Shown here: in pieces, positions 9,835 to 19,146 of the stretch | Numbering within the stretch: position 1 is the stretch's first letter | Layout of the letters: every line of letters begins with the position of its first letter | Program-made: the position numbers and the translations under genes | Notes under the pieces: generated by a model | Database searches by the model: none | The model's input: the letters and a program-made list of their open reading frames with translations, nothing else | Told to the model about the DNA's origin: nothing | Source: Minisyncoccota bacterium | GTDB lineage: Bacteria > Patescibacteriota > Minisyncoccia > Phycocordibacterales > UBA9973 | Assembly (NCBI GenBank): GCA_041657445.1 | Contig: JBBABV010000001.1 | Span: 36,783-100,782 of the forward strand | DNA length: 64,000 nucleotides | Direction of reading: 5' to 3'

Positions 9835-10887
9835 ATGTCGCTTGATTTAGTAAAGATTTTTGCCCCTACAGCTTTTGCCTTTTTTCTTGGGTTATTTATT
9901 ACTCCTTTTATTACACATTTTCTATTCAAACACAAAATGTGGAAAAAATACTGTAGAGATGAAAGTTGCAGTAAAGAATTTCATAAGATACACAATGGCG
10001 AAGCAGAACTTTCAACTCCAAGAACAGGAGGGATTATCATTTGGCTGTCTGTGATTATCGTTACAGTTATATTTTTTTCTTTTTCGCTTTTTTTTGAAAA
10101 TGATATTACTCTCAAACTAAATTTTTTGAGTAGAAATCAAACTCTCATACCTTTTTTTACTCTAATCCTAGGATCAGTATTTGGACTTTGGGATGATTTA
10201 ATACAAATATATGGAAAAGGTAAATTCGCACACGACGACAAGGCATGGCGAAAATGGAAGGTTTTTATTATTACATTAATTTCTCTTCTCATTGGACTAT
10301 GGTTTTATTATAAATTAGGAATGGTTTCTATTCATATTCCTTTTTATGGTGATTTGTATTTAGGAGTATTTATAATACTTGCATTTATTATTGTAGCACT
10401 CGGTACATTTTCAGGAGGAATAATTGATGGATTGGATGGATTATCTGGAGGAGTATTTGCATCAATTTTTGCTTCTTACACTGTAATAGCTTATACAAAC
10501 AATCAAATAGACATAGCTACATTTTCTGGAGTAATTACTGGAGCAATACTTGCTTTTTTATGGTTTAATATACCCCCTGCACGGTTTTATATGGGAGAGA
10601 CTGGAATAATGGGATTGACAATGGTACTTGCAACGATTGCTTTTCTTACTGATTCTGTTTTAATTCTTCCTATAGTAGCATTACCTCTAGTCATTTCTTC
10701 GGGTTCAGTAATACTACAAACAGTATCAAAAAAATTAAGACACGGTAAAAGGCTTTTTCTACTTTCACCACTTCATCACCATTTTGAAATGCTTGGATGG
10801 CCTTCATATAAAGTAACAATGAGGTATTGGGTATTATCTATTATTTTTGCTATTGTCGGAATGATAATAGCAATTATTAGTAAATAA
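9835..10887 (+). CDS. mraY: Phospho-N-acetylmuramoyl-pentapeptide transferase
   Basis: TPRTGG, GLWDD, DGLDGL, FYMGETG, PLHHHFE. Confidence 0.95.
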   Translation: MSLDLVKIFAPTAFAFFLGLFITPFITHFLFKHKMWKKYCRDESCSKEFHKIHNGEAELSTPRTGGIIIWLSVIIVTVIFFSFSLFFENDITLKLNFLSRNQTLIPFFTLILGSVFGLWDDLIQIYGKGKFAHDDKAWRKWKVFIITLISLLIGLWFYYKLGMVSIHIPFYGDLYLGVFIILAFIIVALGTFSGGIIDGLDGLSGGVFASIFASYTVIAYTNNQIDIATFSGVITGAILAFLWFNIPPARFYMGETGIMGLTMVLATIAFLTDSVLILPIVALPLVISSGSVILQTVSKKLRHGKRLFLLSPLHHHFEMLGWPSYKVTMRYWVLSIIFAIVGMIIAIISK

Positions 10888-10888
10888 A

Positions 10889-11992
10889 ATGAAAGAAAAA
10901 AGAGTTGATAAATTTTTATTAATAGTAACCTTTCTTTTACTAACAATTGGTATAGCAATGTTTGTATCTGCCTCACTTGGAGTTTTAAATAGGAGTGAAA
11001 CTACTTTTTATTCTATACTCACCAAACAACTTCTTTTTGGATTACCTCTTGGTCTTCTAGGTATGTATTTAGCCTCAAAAATTAACTACAAATTCTGGCG
11101 AAAGTATTCTTTTTTTATTTTTCTTACTACTATTTTATTAACTGCAAGTGTCTTCATCCCATATCTTGGTTTTAGTCATCAAGGAGCAAAAAGATGGATT
11201 GATTTTGGCTTTATCACATTTCAACCTGTAGAATTTCTAAAGTTTGGTTTTATCATATATTTTGCTGGATGGCTTTCATGGGCAAAAAACAAGGCTCAAA
11301 GTTTTAAATACGGAATACTACCTTTTATTATTATGCTGGGGGTTATTTCCTCAATTCTTCTTAGTCAACCAGATACAAAAAGTTTTATACTAATAGCATT
11401 AACAGGTATTGGAATGCTTTTTCTTTCAGATGTTCCACTTAAATATATACTTGGTATTGGAGCAATACTTGCAATCTCTCTTAGTTTTTTTGCTTTTTTC
11501 AATCCATATCTACAGGAAAGAATAGAAACATTCATTTTTCCGGCAAATGATCCAACAGGCTCCTCATACCAAATTCAGCAATCAATGATAGCCATAGGGT
11601 CAGGAGGTGTATTGGGTAGGGGATACGGTCAAAGTATTCAAAAATTTGGTTATTTACCTGAACCGCACGGAGATTCTATTTTTGCAGTAGTGGGAGAAGA
11701 ATTTGGCTTCATTGGCTCTGTTGGGGTCATAATCCTTTATCTTTTGTTTGCAATGAGAGGTATAAGAATTGCAAGTCATGCAACCGATATATTTGGTAGA
11801 CTTTTATCTGCTGGAATTGTTATAATAATAACGGCTCAATCATTTTTAAATATCGCTTCTATTATAGGAGTATTTCCTCTTACAGGTGTTCCACTTGTGT
11901 TTATGAGCCATGGAGGAACTTCTCTTATGATATACTTAACAGCAGTAGGTATTTTACTTAATATTTCTAAATTTCAGAAAAAGAACATATGA
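10889..11992 (+). CDS. ftsW: SEDS peptidoglycan glycosyltransferase FtsW
   Basis: GAKRWI, FQPVEFLK, QPD, YQ..QS..AIGSGG, LPEPHGD, PLTGVPL; between mraY and murG. Confidence 0.93.
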   Translation: MKEKRVDKFLLIVTFLLLTIGIAMFVSASLGVLNRSETTFYSILTKQLLFGLPLGLLGMYLASKINYKFWRKYSFFIFLTTILLTASVFIPYLGFSHQGAKRWIDFGFITFQPVEFLKFGFIIYFAGWLSWAKNKAQSFKYGILPFIIMLGVISSILLSQPDTKSFILIALTGIGMLFLSDVPLKYILGIGAILAISLSFFAFFNPYLQERIETFIFPANDPTGSSYQIQQSMIAIGSGGVLGRGYGQSIQKFGYLPEPHGDSIFAVVGEEFGFIGSVGVIILYLLFAMRGIRIASHATDIFGRLLSAGIVIIITAQSFLNIASIIGVFPLTGVPLVFMSHGGTSLMIYLTAVGILLNISKFQKKNI

Positions 11993-13119
11993 AAATAGTA
12001 TTTACAGGTGGAGGAACAGGAGGACATTTTTATCCTGTAATAGCAGTTGCTCAAAAAGTAAACGAAATACTTGATGAGGAAAACATAATAGGAACCAAAC
12101 TCTATTACATCTCTACTGATCCATACGACAAGGAATTATTGTTTGAGAATAGAATAACCTTTGAGAAAATTGAAACTGGAAAAATGCGTATTTACTTTTC
12201 TTTTCAAAACTTTATTGATTTGTTTAAGACATTTTTTGGAATGCTAAATGGTATTTATACATTGTTCTCTATATATCCAGATGTAGTTTTTGGTAAGGGA
12301 GGATATGCTTCATTTCCTACCTTGTTTGCAGCAAGAATTCTTCATATTCCGGTAATAATTCATGAATCAGATTCAGCTTCTGGAAGAGTAAATAAATGGG
12401 CAGGAAAATTTGCAACAAGAGTTGCAGTTTCCTTTAAGGAAGCATTCAGTGAATTTCCAGAAAAAAAAACAGCATGGATTGGACAGCCGATTCGTAAAGA
12501 AATAGAGCAGAAGGCTAGCAAGGAAGAAGCATTAAAGTATTTTAAACTTGAATCTCGCCTTCCTACTATTCTTATTCTTGGAGGATCTCAAGGAGCAGAA
12601 TTTCTCAATAATACTATTCTTGATTCTTTACCACGATTAGTTGAAAATTATCAAGTAATACACCAAACAGGTGTTTCAAATTTTAAAAGTGTAGCAGGAA
12701 GAGCAGATGTTGTTTTATCCAGAAATGAAAATAAAGTAAGATATTACCCTCATGCTTTTCTCAATTCATTAGGAATGAAAATGGCTGCAGGAGTAGCAGA
12801 CATAATCATCTCTCGTGCTGGCTCTACAATTTTTGAAATTGCTTCCTGGGGAGTTCCATCTATCATTGTCCCTTTTCGTGAATCTAACGCAGACCATGCT
12901 AGGAAAAATGCTTTTTCGTATGCACATGCAGGTGCTTGTAGTGTAATTGAAGAACAAAACATGACAGCAAATATACTCTGTTCTGAAGTTGATAGAATAC
13001 TTGGAGACAAAGAAACATACGAAAGAATGGTAAATTCTACAAAAAACTTTCACAAGCCTGATGCAGCTCTTAAAATCGCAAGGGAACTAATTGACATAGC
13101 TCTTGAGCATGAGAAATAA
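11989..13119 (+). CDS. murG: Undecaprenyl-PP-MurNAc-pentapeptide GlcNAc transferase
   Basis: GGGTGGH, GGYAS, HESD, GGSQGA, SRAG. Confidence 0.96.
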   Translation: MKIVFTGGGTGGHFYPVIAVAQKVNEILDEENIIGTKLYYISTDPYDKELLFENRITFEKIETGKMRIYFSFQNFIDLFKTFFGMLNGIYTLFSIYPDVVFGKGGYASFPTLFAARILHIPVIIHESDSASGRVNKWAGKFATRVAVSFKEAFSEFPEKKTAWIGQPIRKEIEQKASKEEALKYFKLESRLPTILILGGSQGAEFLNNTILDSLPRLVENYQVIHQTGVSNFKSVAGRADVVLSRNENKVRYYPHAFLNSLGMKMAAGVADIIISRAGSTIFEIASWGVPSIIVPFRESNADHARKNAFSYAHAGACSVIEEQNMTANILCSEVDRILGDKETYERMVNSTKNFHKPDAALKIARELIDIALEHEK

Positions 13120-13157
13120 AACTTCGCAGAAATAGAAAAAAGTGCTAAAATGTTTAC

Positions 13158-14591
13158 ATGTCAGACAAAAAAGTAGTTACAAGATTTGCACCTTCACCGA
13201 CAGGCTTTATGCATGTAGGAGGAGTTAGAACTGCACTTTTCGCATGGCTTTGGGCTAAGAAGTATAAAGGAACTTTTATATTAAGAATTGAAGATACAGA
13301 CAAAGCTCGTGAGGTAGAAGGCTCAATAGAGCATATAAAAAAGTGTTTAAGATGGCTTGGGCTCAATTGGGATCAAGGTCCAGATATTGGTGGACCATAT
13401 TTCCCATATTTTCAATCAGAACGATTAGATTTATATAAAAGGTATGCACAGATTTTGATAAACAAAGGACTTGCATACGAAGATCCATACACAGAAGAAG
13501 AAATTGAAAACTTTAGAAAAAAAGCAGAAGAAGAAAAAAGACCTTTTCTTTACAGAGATTACAGACCAGAGTGGCTTAAAGGAGAAAAAGAAAATTATCC
13601 TAAATGGAATGAGAATAAACCTCTTCGGTTTAAGACCCCTGAAATCAAAAGCACAAAATGGAATGATTTAGTATATGGTGACCTCTCTGCGGGCCCTGAA
13701 GCACTTGATGATTTTATATTAATAAAAAGTGACGGATATCCTACATATAATTTTGCACATATTGTTGATGATATTGAGATGGGTGTAACTCATGTAATGC
13801 GCGGACAGGAATTTATTTCTTCTACTCCAAAATTCCTAGCGATATATGAGGCACTAGAAGTAAGACCACCATTCTTCGCTACACTTCCACCTATATTAGC
13901 CCCTGACGGAAAAAAGAAACTAGGAAAAAGAGATGGGGCAAAGGATATTCTTGAATATGAAAAAGAAGGATTTCTTCCTAGTGCTATGATCAACTTTTTA
14001 GCAATGCTTGGCTGGAATCCAGGAGATGATAGGGAGATATTCACAGTAGAAGAATTAGTTAAAGATTTTGACATTTGTAGAGTTCAGACATCAGGAGCTA
14101 GAATGAATGAAACAAAACTTGACTGGATAAACAAAGAGCATATGAATATGCTTTCTAAAAATGAAATAGAGAGAAGTATCTTATCATTACTTCCAAACGA
14201 AATGCAAAATCCAAAATTAGTGCCTCTTCTTTTTGAGAGAATACACAAGTGGGGAGAAATAGAAAAATTAGTTAGGGAAGGGGAGTTAGATTTTTTTATT
14301 AAACAACCTGATATAAAAAAAGAAAAATTAATTTTTAAAAACTCAAACATTGAAGAGGTAAAAGATGCCTTGTCTCAAACAATAAACTGCCTATCAAAAC
14401 TTAACGATTTTTCTGCCGAAAAAATAAAAAATGAATTAATGAATCTTGCAAATAAATTTGACAGTAAGGGTAAAATTCTTCATCCTGTTAGATTTGCACT
14501 CACGGGAAAGGATAAGTCTCCAGACCCTTTCATTATTGCCGAAATTTTAGGAAAAGATGAAACAATATCAAGACTACAAAAAGCTATATAA
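13158..14591 (+). CDS. gltX: Glutamate--tRNA ligase
   Basis: RFAPSPTG, HVGG (HIGH), LRIEDTD, KLGKR (KMSKS-like). Confidence 0.97.
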   Translation: MSDKKVVTRFAPSPTGFMHVGGVRTALFAWLWAKKYKGTFILRIEDTDKAREVEGSIEHIKKCLRWLGLNWDQGPDIGGPYFPYFQSERLDLYKRYAQILINKGLAYEDPYTEEEIENFRKKAEEEKRPFLYRDYRPEWLKGEKENYPKWNENKPLRFKTPEIKSTKWNDLVYGDLSAGPEALDDFILIKSDGYPTYNFAHIVDDIEMGVTHVMRGQEFISSTPKFLAIYEALEVRPPFFATLPPILAPDGKKKLGKRDGAKDILEYEKEGFLPSAMINFLAMLGWNPGDDREIFTVEELVKDFDICRVQTSGARMNETKLDWINKEHMNMLSKNEIERSILSLLPNEMQNPKLVPLLFERIHKWGEIEKLVREGELDFFIKQPDIKKEKLIFKNSNIEEVKDALSQTINCLSKLNDFSAEKIKNELMNLANKFDSKGKILHPVRFALTGKDKSPDPFIIAEILGKDETISRLQKAI

Positions 14592-15870
14592 AAAAGTCAT
14601 TGCAGGAATACTTTTTGTTTCTTTTCTTGCCCCTTTTAGTTTTCTATCCGCTCAAACCGCTGAAGAATTGCATAATAGAATAAATGAAAAAAACAATGAA
14701 ATTGTAAAACTTGAAAGCCAAATAAAGCAATTCCAACAAGAATTAGAAAAACTCAGTAAAGAAAAAAACTCCTTAAGTAACACCATCAAACAACTAGACC
14801 TAAGCCGAAAAAAATTAGTTACCGATATTGCTGTCACTCAAAATAAAATAGATAAAACAAACTTCAGAATTACAGAGTTAAATATGGAAATCGGTAATAA
14901 ATCTGATATTATCAAAAACAATCTATCTGCTCTTTCACTTGAAATTAGAAACAAAAATGAAATTGATGAGGATAACATAATTAGAACTCTTTTTTCTAAT
15001 GATAATTTCTCTAATATCTGGAATGATATAAGTAATATATCTTCAATTCAGAAAGCAATTATAAGGAGAACAAATGAATTAAGAGATGCAAAGGTAGTAC
15101 TTGAAGATACAAAAGAAAAGACCACAAAGGCAAAGAATGAACTTGTTACATTACACTCACAACTCTCTGCTCAGAAGAAAATTGTTGAGCAAAATACATC
15201 AGAAAAGAAAAAATTACTCTCGCAGACAAAAAATAGTGAAGCAAACTACCAAAAAGTATTAAAAGAACAAATCGCACTAAAAAATGCTTTTGAAAAGGAA
15301 TTAGAGGAATATGAATCAAAACTCAAATTTATTCTTGATCCAAATTCACTCCCAAATGCTGGAGTGCTTTCATGGCCACTTAATAGTATATTCGTAACAC
15401 AGTTTTTTGGTGTTACTGCTTACTCTAAGAGATTATATAGATCTGGTTCACACAGTGGAGTTGATTTCAGGGCGTCTGTAGGAACCCCAGTCAAAGCAAT
15501 GGCAGATGGAATTGTTAAAGGAGTAGGAGATACAGATATTACTTGCTATAAAGCTTCATTTGGTAAATGGGTATTAATTGAATACGATAATGGACTTTCT
15601 AGTACATATGGACATCTTTCATTCTATAGTGTTAAAAAGGGACAAAAAGTAAAAAGAGGTGAAATAGTAGCATACAGTGGAAATACAGGACATACTACAG
15701 GTCCTCATCTTCATGTATCGTTATATGCATCAAGGGATGCAAGTGGAAATAGTGCGGTAAATGTAGCAACCGTTCCAAGCAAGTCATGTCCAGGAAGAAG
15801 TTTAACTCAGCCAGTAGCATCACAAAATGCCTATCTTGATCCAATGTATTATTTACCTCCATATAAATAG
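14557..15870 (+). CDS. Secreted coiled-coil M23 peptidase (EnvC/MepM-like architecture)
   Basis: Signal-like N-terminus, long coiled coil, HSGVD, YGHL and GPHLH motifs. Confidence 0.9.
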   Translation: MKQYQDYKKLYKKVIAGILFVSFLAPFSFLSAQTAEELHNRINEKNNEIVKLESQIKQFQQELEKLSKEKNSLSNTIKQLDLSRKKLVTDIAVTQNKIDKTNFRITELNMEIGNKSDIIKNNLSALSLEIRNKNEIDEDNIIRTLFSNDNFSNIWNDISNISSIQKAIIRRTNELRDAKVVLEDTKEKTTKAKNELVTLHSQLSAQKKIVEQNTSEKKKLLSQTKNSEANYQKVLKEQIALKNAFEKELEEYESKLKFILDPNSLPNAGVLSWPLNSIFVTQFFGVTAYSKRLYRSGSHSGVDFRASVGTPVKAMADGIVKGVGDTDITCYKASFGKWVLIEYDNGLSSTYGHLSFYSVKKGQKVKRGEIVAYSGNTGHTTGPHLHVSLYASRDASGNSAVNVATVPSKSCPGRSLTQPVASQNAYLDPMYYLPPYK

Positions 15871-15925
15871 TCTAATTAACAAATCCATATTGTCATAATA
15901 AATGCTTATATGGTAAAATTATTGT

Positions 15926-16267
15926 ATGAATTTAAAATCATTAAGTGGGTTTAGTATCATAAAAATCCTCATTTGGGGCATAATTATTATTTTAGTCCTT
16001 AGTTATTTTAAAATTAACATAAGAGGTGTAGTAGAAAGCCCAGAAGCTCAGGAAAATATTGAATATGTCAAAGAAGGCGGAAAAACAATCTGGGAGGAGT
16101 ATTTACAAGAACCCGCTAAATATATCTGGAATAATATCTTTATTGAATTACTTTGGAATGCTTTTGTTGAAAATCTTGAAAGAGTTAGGGATGGGAAGCC
16201 TACAGAAATTGAAGAAGCAGCACCTATTTTACCTACAAGCTATACACATTATTACCATCTTGTTTAA
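15926..16267 (+). CDS. Hypothetical membrane-anchored protein
   Basis: N-terminal TM; TGnTAAAAT 6 nt before ATG. Confidence 0.7.
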   Translation: MNLKSLSGFSIIKILIWGIIIILVLSYFKINIRGVVESPEAQENIEYVKEGGKTIWEEYLQEPAKYIWNNIFIELLWNAFVENLERVRDGKPTEIEEAAPILPTSYTHYYHLV

Positions 16268-16368
16268 TAGTATTATTATTGAACAAAAGGTATATTGTGC
16301 GACACATATCTATTTAAATATACAGTGAGGATAGAGTAAAAAAGCCCTATCCCCTAAACTACCTTATC

Positions 16369-16546
16369 TTATTTAGAAACCCAATCCTTTTGAGAAATTC
16401 CAGTGAGAGTTCTTGGTTTAATTACGAGACTTCCGTGTCTTGGCACACACACAATGACTTCCCTTTACATAATTTAGAAAAAAATGATTTTCTTTTAAAA
16501 AAGTTTCCACATCTCTAAATGACCAATTATTTAAACCTCTAGGCAT
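16369..16546 (-). pseudogene. hicA: HicA-family mRNA interferase toxin, frameshifted and internally deleted
   Basis: Manual translation: MPRGLNNWSFRDVETFLKENHFFLNYVKGSH, then in a shifted frame VCVPRHGSLVIKPRTLTGISQKDWVSK*; ATG 1 nt after the hicB stop. Confidence 0.8.
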
Positions 16547-16547
16547 G

Positions 16548-16856
16548 TTATATTTTTGTTATACCAAAGTATTTAACCTCATAAGGAGACTTAATAGGTT
16601 GTTTTTTGCCACTAATCAAAGCCTTCCATAGATTATCATATTCCTTGTCAAGTTTTTGGTTTAATGGTGCTACTCTTGAACCTTTTACTTTTTTTTGAGA
16701 TTCAACATATCCCTGAACTGCTTCGTTTAGATTGTTTAAGGAAACAAGATAGTCATCAGAGGATTCAACAATATTAAACTCAAGAGCCACCGCATACCAA
16801 GTGGTTTTTTCTTTAAAAACTATGCATCTTACTGCCCCCTTTTGAATTGTATTCAT
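16548..16856 (-). CDS. hicB: HicB-like antitoxin
   Basis: IVFKE..WYAVALEFNIVESSDD....NL.EAVQGY fits the HicB N-domain pattern; coupled to the hicA remnant. Confidence 0.75.
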   Translation of the reverse strand: MNTIQKGAVRCIVFKEKTTWYAVALEFNIVESSDDYLVSLNNLNEAVQGYVESQKKVKGSRVAPLNQKLDKEYDNLWKALISGKKQPIKSPYEVKYFGITKI

Positions 16857-16858
16857 AT

Positions 16859-16879
16859 TATCTTGATTATATCAAGATA
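16859..16879. promoter_or_regulatory. Inverted repeat over the -10 box of hicB-hicA
   Basis: TATCTTGAT-tat-ATCAAGATA, containing a minus-strand TATAAT, 2 nt before the hicB ATG. Confidence 0.5.
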
Positions 16880-16945
16880 TGTGGTTAATGTGCTATTAAG
16901 ATGCAAGCACACTTAATAAGTAAATAGTTATTTTTTATTAAATAT

Positions 16946-17371
16946 TTACTTACAGGAAGCAGAAAGTTCAAAACCCGCTTTTTCTGCTTCTATTCTTGCA
17001 CTAAAATACACCCTATTCTCACTCTTAATATTTTTCCCAGCAGAACATCCTACAGGATAATACTTTTTACCTTTAATTGATGCAAAGTATTCACCTTTTC
17101 TTGTGGTTTTTGTGTCCGTATCTGTATTAAAGGTAGTATTATCCCCTATTCTTGATATATCCTTCTCTATTTTGCCTTTATTTTGACCTGTATTGTCATT
17201 ACAATCGCTTTCTAGGGTGTCTAGGTATTCAATACTTATTCCTTTATCAATATCGCTTTTAGAAGTTCTTCCAAACATAAATGAGCATAATCCTATTAAA
17301 ATAGTAATGCAAATAGACACTATCTTCTTCCCACTTTCATTTTCTGTAAAATACTGCTTGATTTTTTCCAT
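16946..17371 (-). CDS. Membrane-anchored protein with C-terminal Ada metal-binding-like domain
   Basis: N-terminal TM; ASIKGKKYY..GC...I..ENRVYF....AEKAGF...C pattern; start uncertain (17371 or 17389). Confidence 0.7.
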   Translation of the reverse strand: MEKIKQYFTENESGKKIVSICITILIGLCSFMFGRTSKSDIDKGISIEYLDTLESDCNDNTGQNKGKIEKDISRIGDNTTFNTDTDTKTTRKGEYFASIKGKKYYPVGCSAGKNIKSENRVYFSARIEAEKAGFELSASCK

Positions 17372-17442
17372 ATATTTGTATATAATCATGTTAACTTTAA
17401 TAAGGAATTTAGCATAATAAGTTAAAGATTAGATAAACATAT

Positions 17443-17715
17443 ATGGCACATAGAAAAGCGGGCGGAACAGCCAAAAATTTAAGAGATTCAAACCCAAAGT
17501 ACTTAGGAACAAAGCTTGCAGATGGGCAAAATGCAAAAGCAGGAGGAATAATTGTTCGTCAACGAGGAACTGTAATTCTTGCAGGTAAAAATGTTGGCAC
17601 AGGCAAGGATCATACCCTTTTTGCATTAAAGGATGGCACAGTTAAATTTAGTTCCAAACGAAAAACATCCTTCAATGACAAGACAGCAGTAAAGAAAACC
17701 GTAAGCGTAGTATAG
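17443..17715 (+). CDS. rpmA: 50S ribosomal protein L27
   Basis: [28 protein letters not shown]. Confidence 0.98.
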   Translation: MAHRKAGGTAKNLRDSNPKYLGTKLADGQNAKAGGIIVRQRGTVILAGKNVGTGKDHTLFALKDGTVKFSSKRKTSFNDKTAVKKTVSVV

Positions 17716-17741
17716 TTGTTTTTAAAAATTTTAGACTCTAC

Positions 17742-17765
17742 AAAAACCCCTTTTGAGGGGTTTTT
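17742..17765. terminator. Bidirectional intrinsic terminator
   Basis: AAAAACCCCT-tttg-AGGGGTTTTT between convergent genes. Confidence 0.85.
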
Positions 17766-17825
17766 TGATTTAAGGCATTAAAGTAATTTAAAAATTCCTT
17801 TTTACACATATTGTTATCATGATTT

Positions 17826-18686
17826 TTAGGAAAGAGTAGCTACTCTTGGTAATTCCTGAGGAGCTCCTATCCCCTTATGTATTCTTACTACTCCTTTTGA
17901 AACTTGAACCTCAATCATAGGAAAATGCTTTTTAATTCTTTCTGCCCAGATTTTAACATTCTTCATATTCTTATTGTAAAGATAAGTGTTTATAAATTTA
18001 TCAATTTCATAATGTGTTTTTTTATTAAATTCATGATCTTTAATATAATATATTTGAAAAAATACTATTCCATTTTCATTTAATATACTAAATATCTTTC
18101 TAATAATATTTTCCATTATTATTGGCGAATTTCTGTAATAGCACAAAGGTCCCATCATCCTGGAAATAATTAAATCAACTTTTTCTCCCTGAAATTTTTT
18201 AATGATCTTTGAATAAACATCGTCATTTCCTGTTTTTAAAATATCTCCCATAATTACAGAATGCCCCCTTTTCAGGTCCATAGATTCATACACAGGGCTT
18301 CTTATGTCATTTAAACAAACTCCTAGTGTTTTTTTGAAAAATCCTTTTTTGAATTCACTAAATACCTTAGACCCAGTTCCACCTAACTCCAATGCAACTA
18401 AGTCATGATTTTTGGTTTTTGATAAAGTTTCTTCAATATACTTTTTAAATACAGTGCTTTTCTCCCTAATGTCTTTTACATCTTTATTGTTATATTTATC
18501 TACTAAATCTTTCGTATATTCTTTTGGTAAACATTCAAAAAAGGTGCATGCAAAATCATTCATTGATGAATCATATTCTCTCCATTTCATTTCTCTTGGT
18601 TTAAATTTTGAGATAATTGAGTTATTAAATTTAATCGCATTATTTGCCTTGATTGCTTCACAAATTATTTTTACTCCTTCTTTCAT
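17826..18686 (-). CDS. Putative class I SAM-dependent methyltransferase-fold protein
   Basis: VALELGGTG (motif I-like), IMGDI, VDLIISR, LNENGIVFF. Confidence 0.6.
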   Translation of the reverse strand: MKEGVKIICEAIKANNAIKFNNSIISKFKPREMKWREYDSSMNDFACTFFECLPKEYTKDLVDKYNNKDVKDIREKSTVFKKYIEETLSKTKNHDLVALELGGTGSKVFSEFKKGFFKKTLGVCLNDIRSPVYESMDLKRGHSVIMGDILKTGNDDVYSKIIKKFQGEKVDLIISRMMGPLCYYRNSPIIMENIIRKIFSILNENGIVFFQIYYIKDHEFNKKTHYEIDKFINTYLYNKNMKNVKIWAERIKKHFPMIEVQVSKGVVRIHKGIGAPQELPRVATLS

Positions 18687-18700
18687 AAGTTTGGTAAATA

Positions 18701-19144
18701 CTAAATCATTTGAATAACTAATTTAAAGAAAGATTTTTTGCCTTTAATACTGATTGGAATCTGGTATTCCCCTACTTCTTTAATAGGTTTATCAAGCAAA
18801 ATATATTCTTCACTAATTATTGCCTTATGTTCATTTTCTAAGGCAGAAAGAATTTCTAACTTTTTTATACCAGAAAATAAATGACCTTTTGCATCCGCTT
18901 TTGCACTAATAGTAACCACTTTTTCTTTTATTTCATTTAAATTTCTCTCAAGTAATTCATTTTGAATTTCCTTTTCAATTTTTACCTGCTTTTCTCTCTG
19001 TTGAAGATTAAAAACTGCATTTTGTGTAGCCTTTTCTACAAGTTTTCTTGGTAAGAGAAAATTAAGAGCATAACCATCATTTACCTCCTTAATATCATTT
19101 CTTTTACCAACTCTAGGAACATCTTTTAAAAAGATTACTTTCAT
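18701..19144 (-). CDS. rplI: 50S ribosomal protein L9
   Basis: MKVIFLKDV..VG, GYALNFLLP, GHLFSGI, PIKEVG. Confidence 0.97.
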   Translation of the reverse strand: MKVIFLKDVPRVGKRNDIKEVNDGYALNFLLPRKLVEKATQNAVFNLQQREKQVKIEKEIQNELLERNLNEIKEKVVTISAKADAKGHLFSGIKKLEILSALENEHKAIISEEYILLDKPIKEVGEYQIPISIKGKKSFFKLVIQMI

Positions 19145-19146
19145 AT

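Noticed and set aside
16059-16328. 89-aa + strand ORF overlapping 15926..16267
   Set aside because: Out-of-frame overlap with a better-supported gene; no motif
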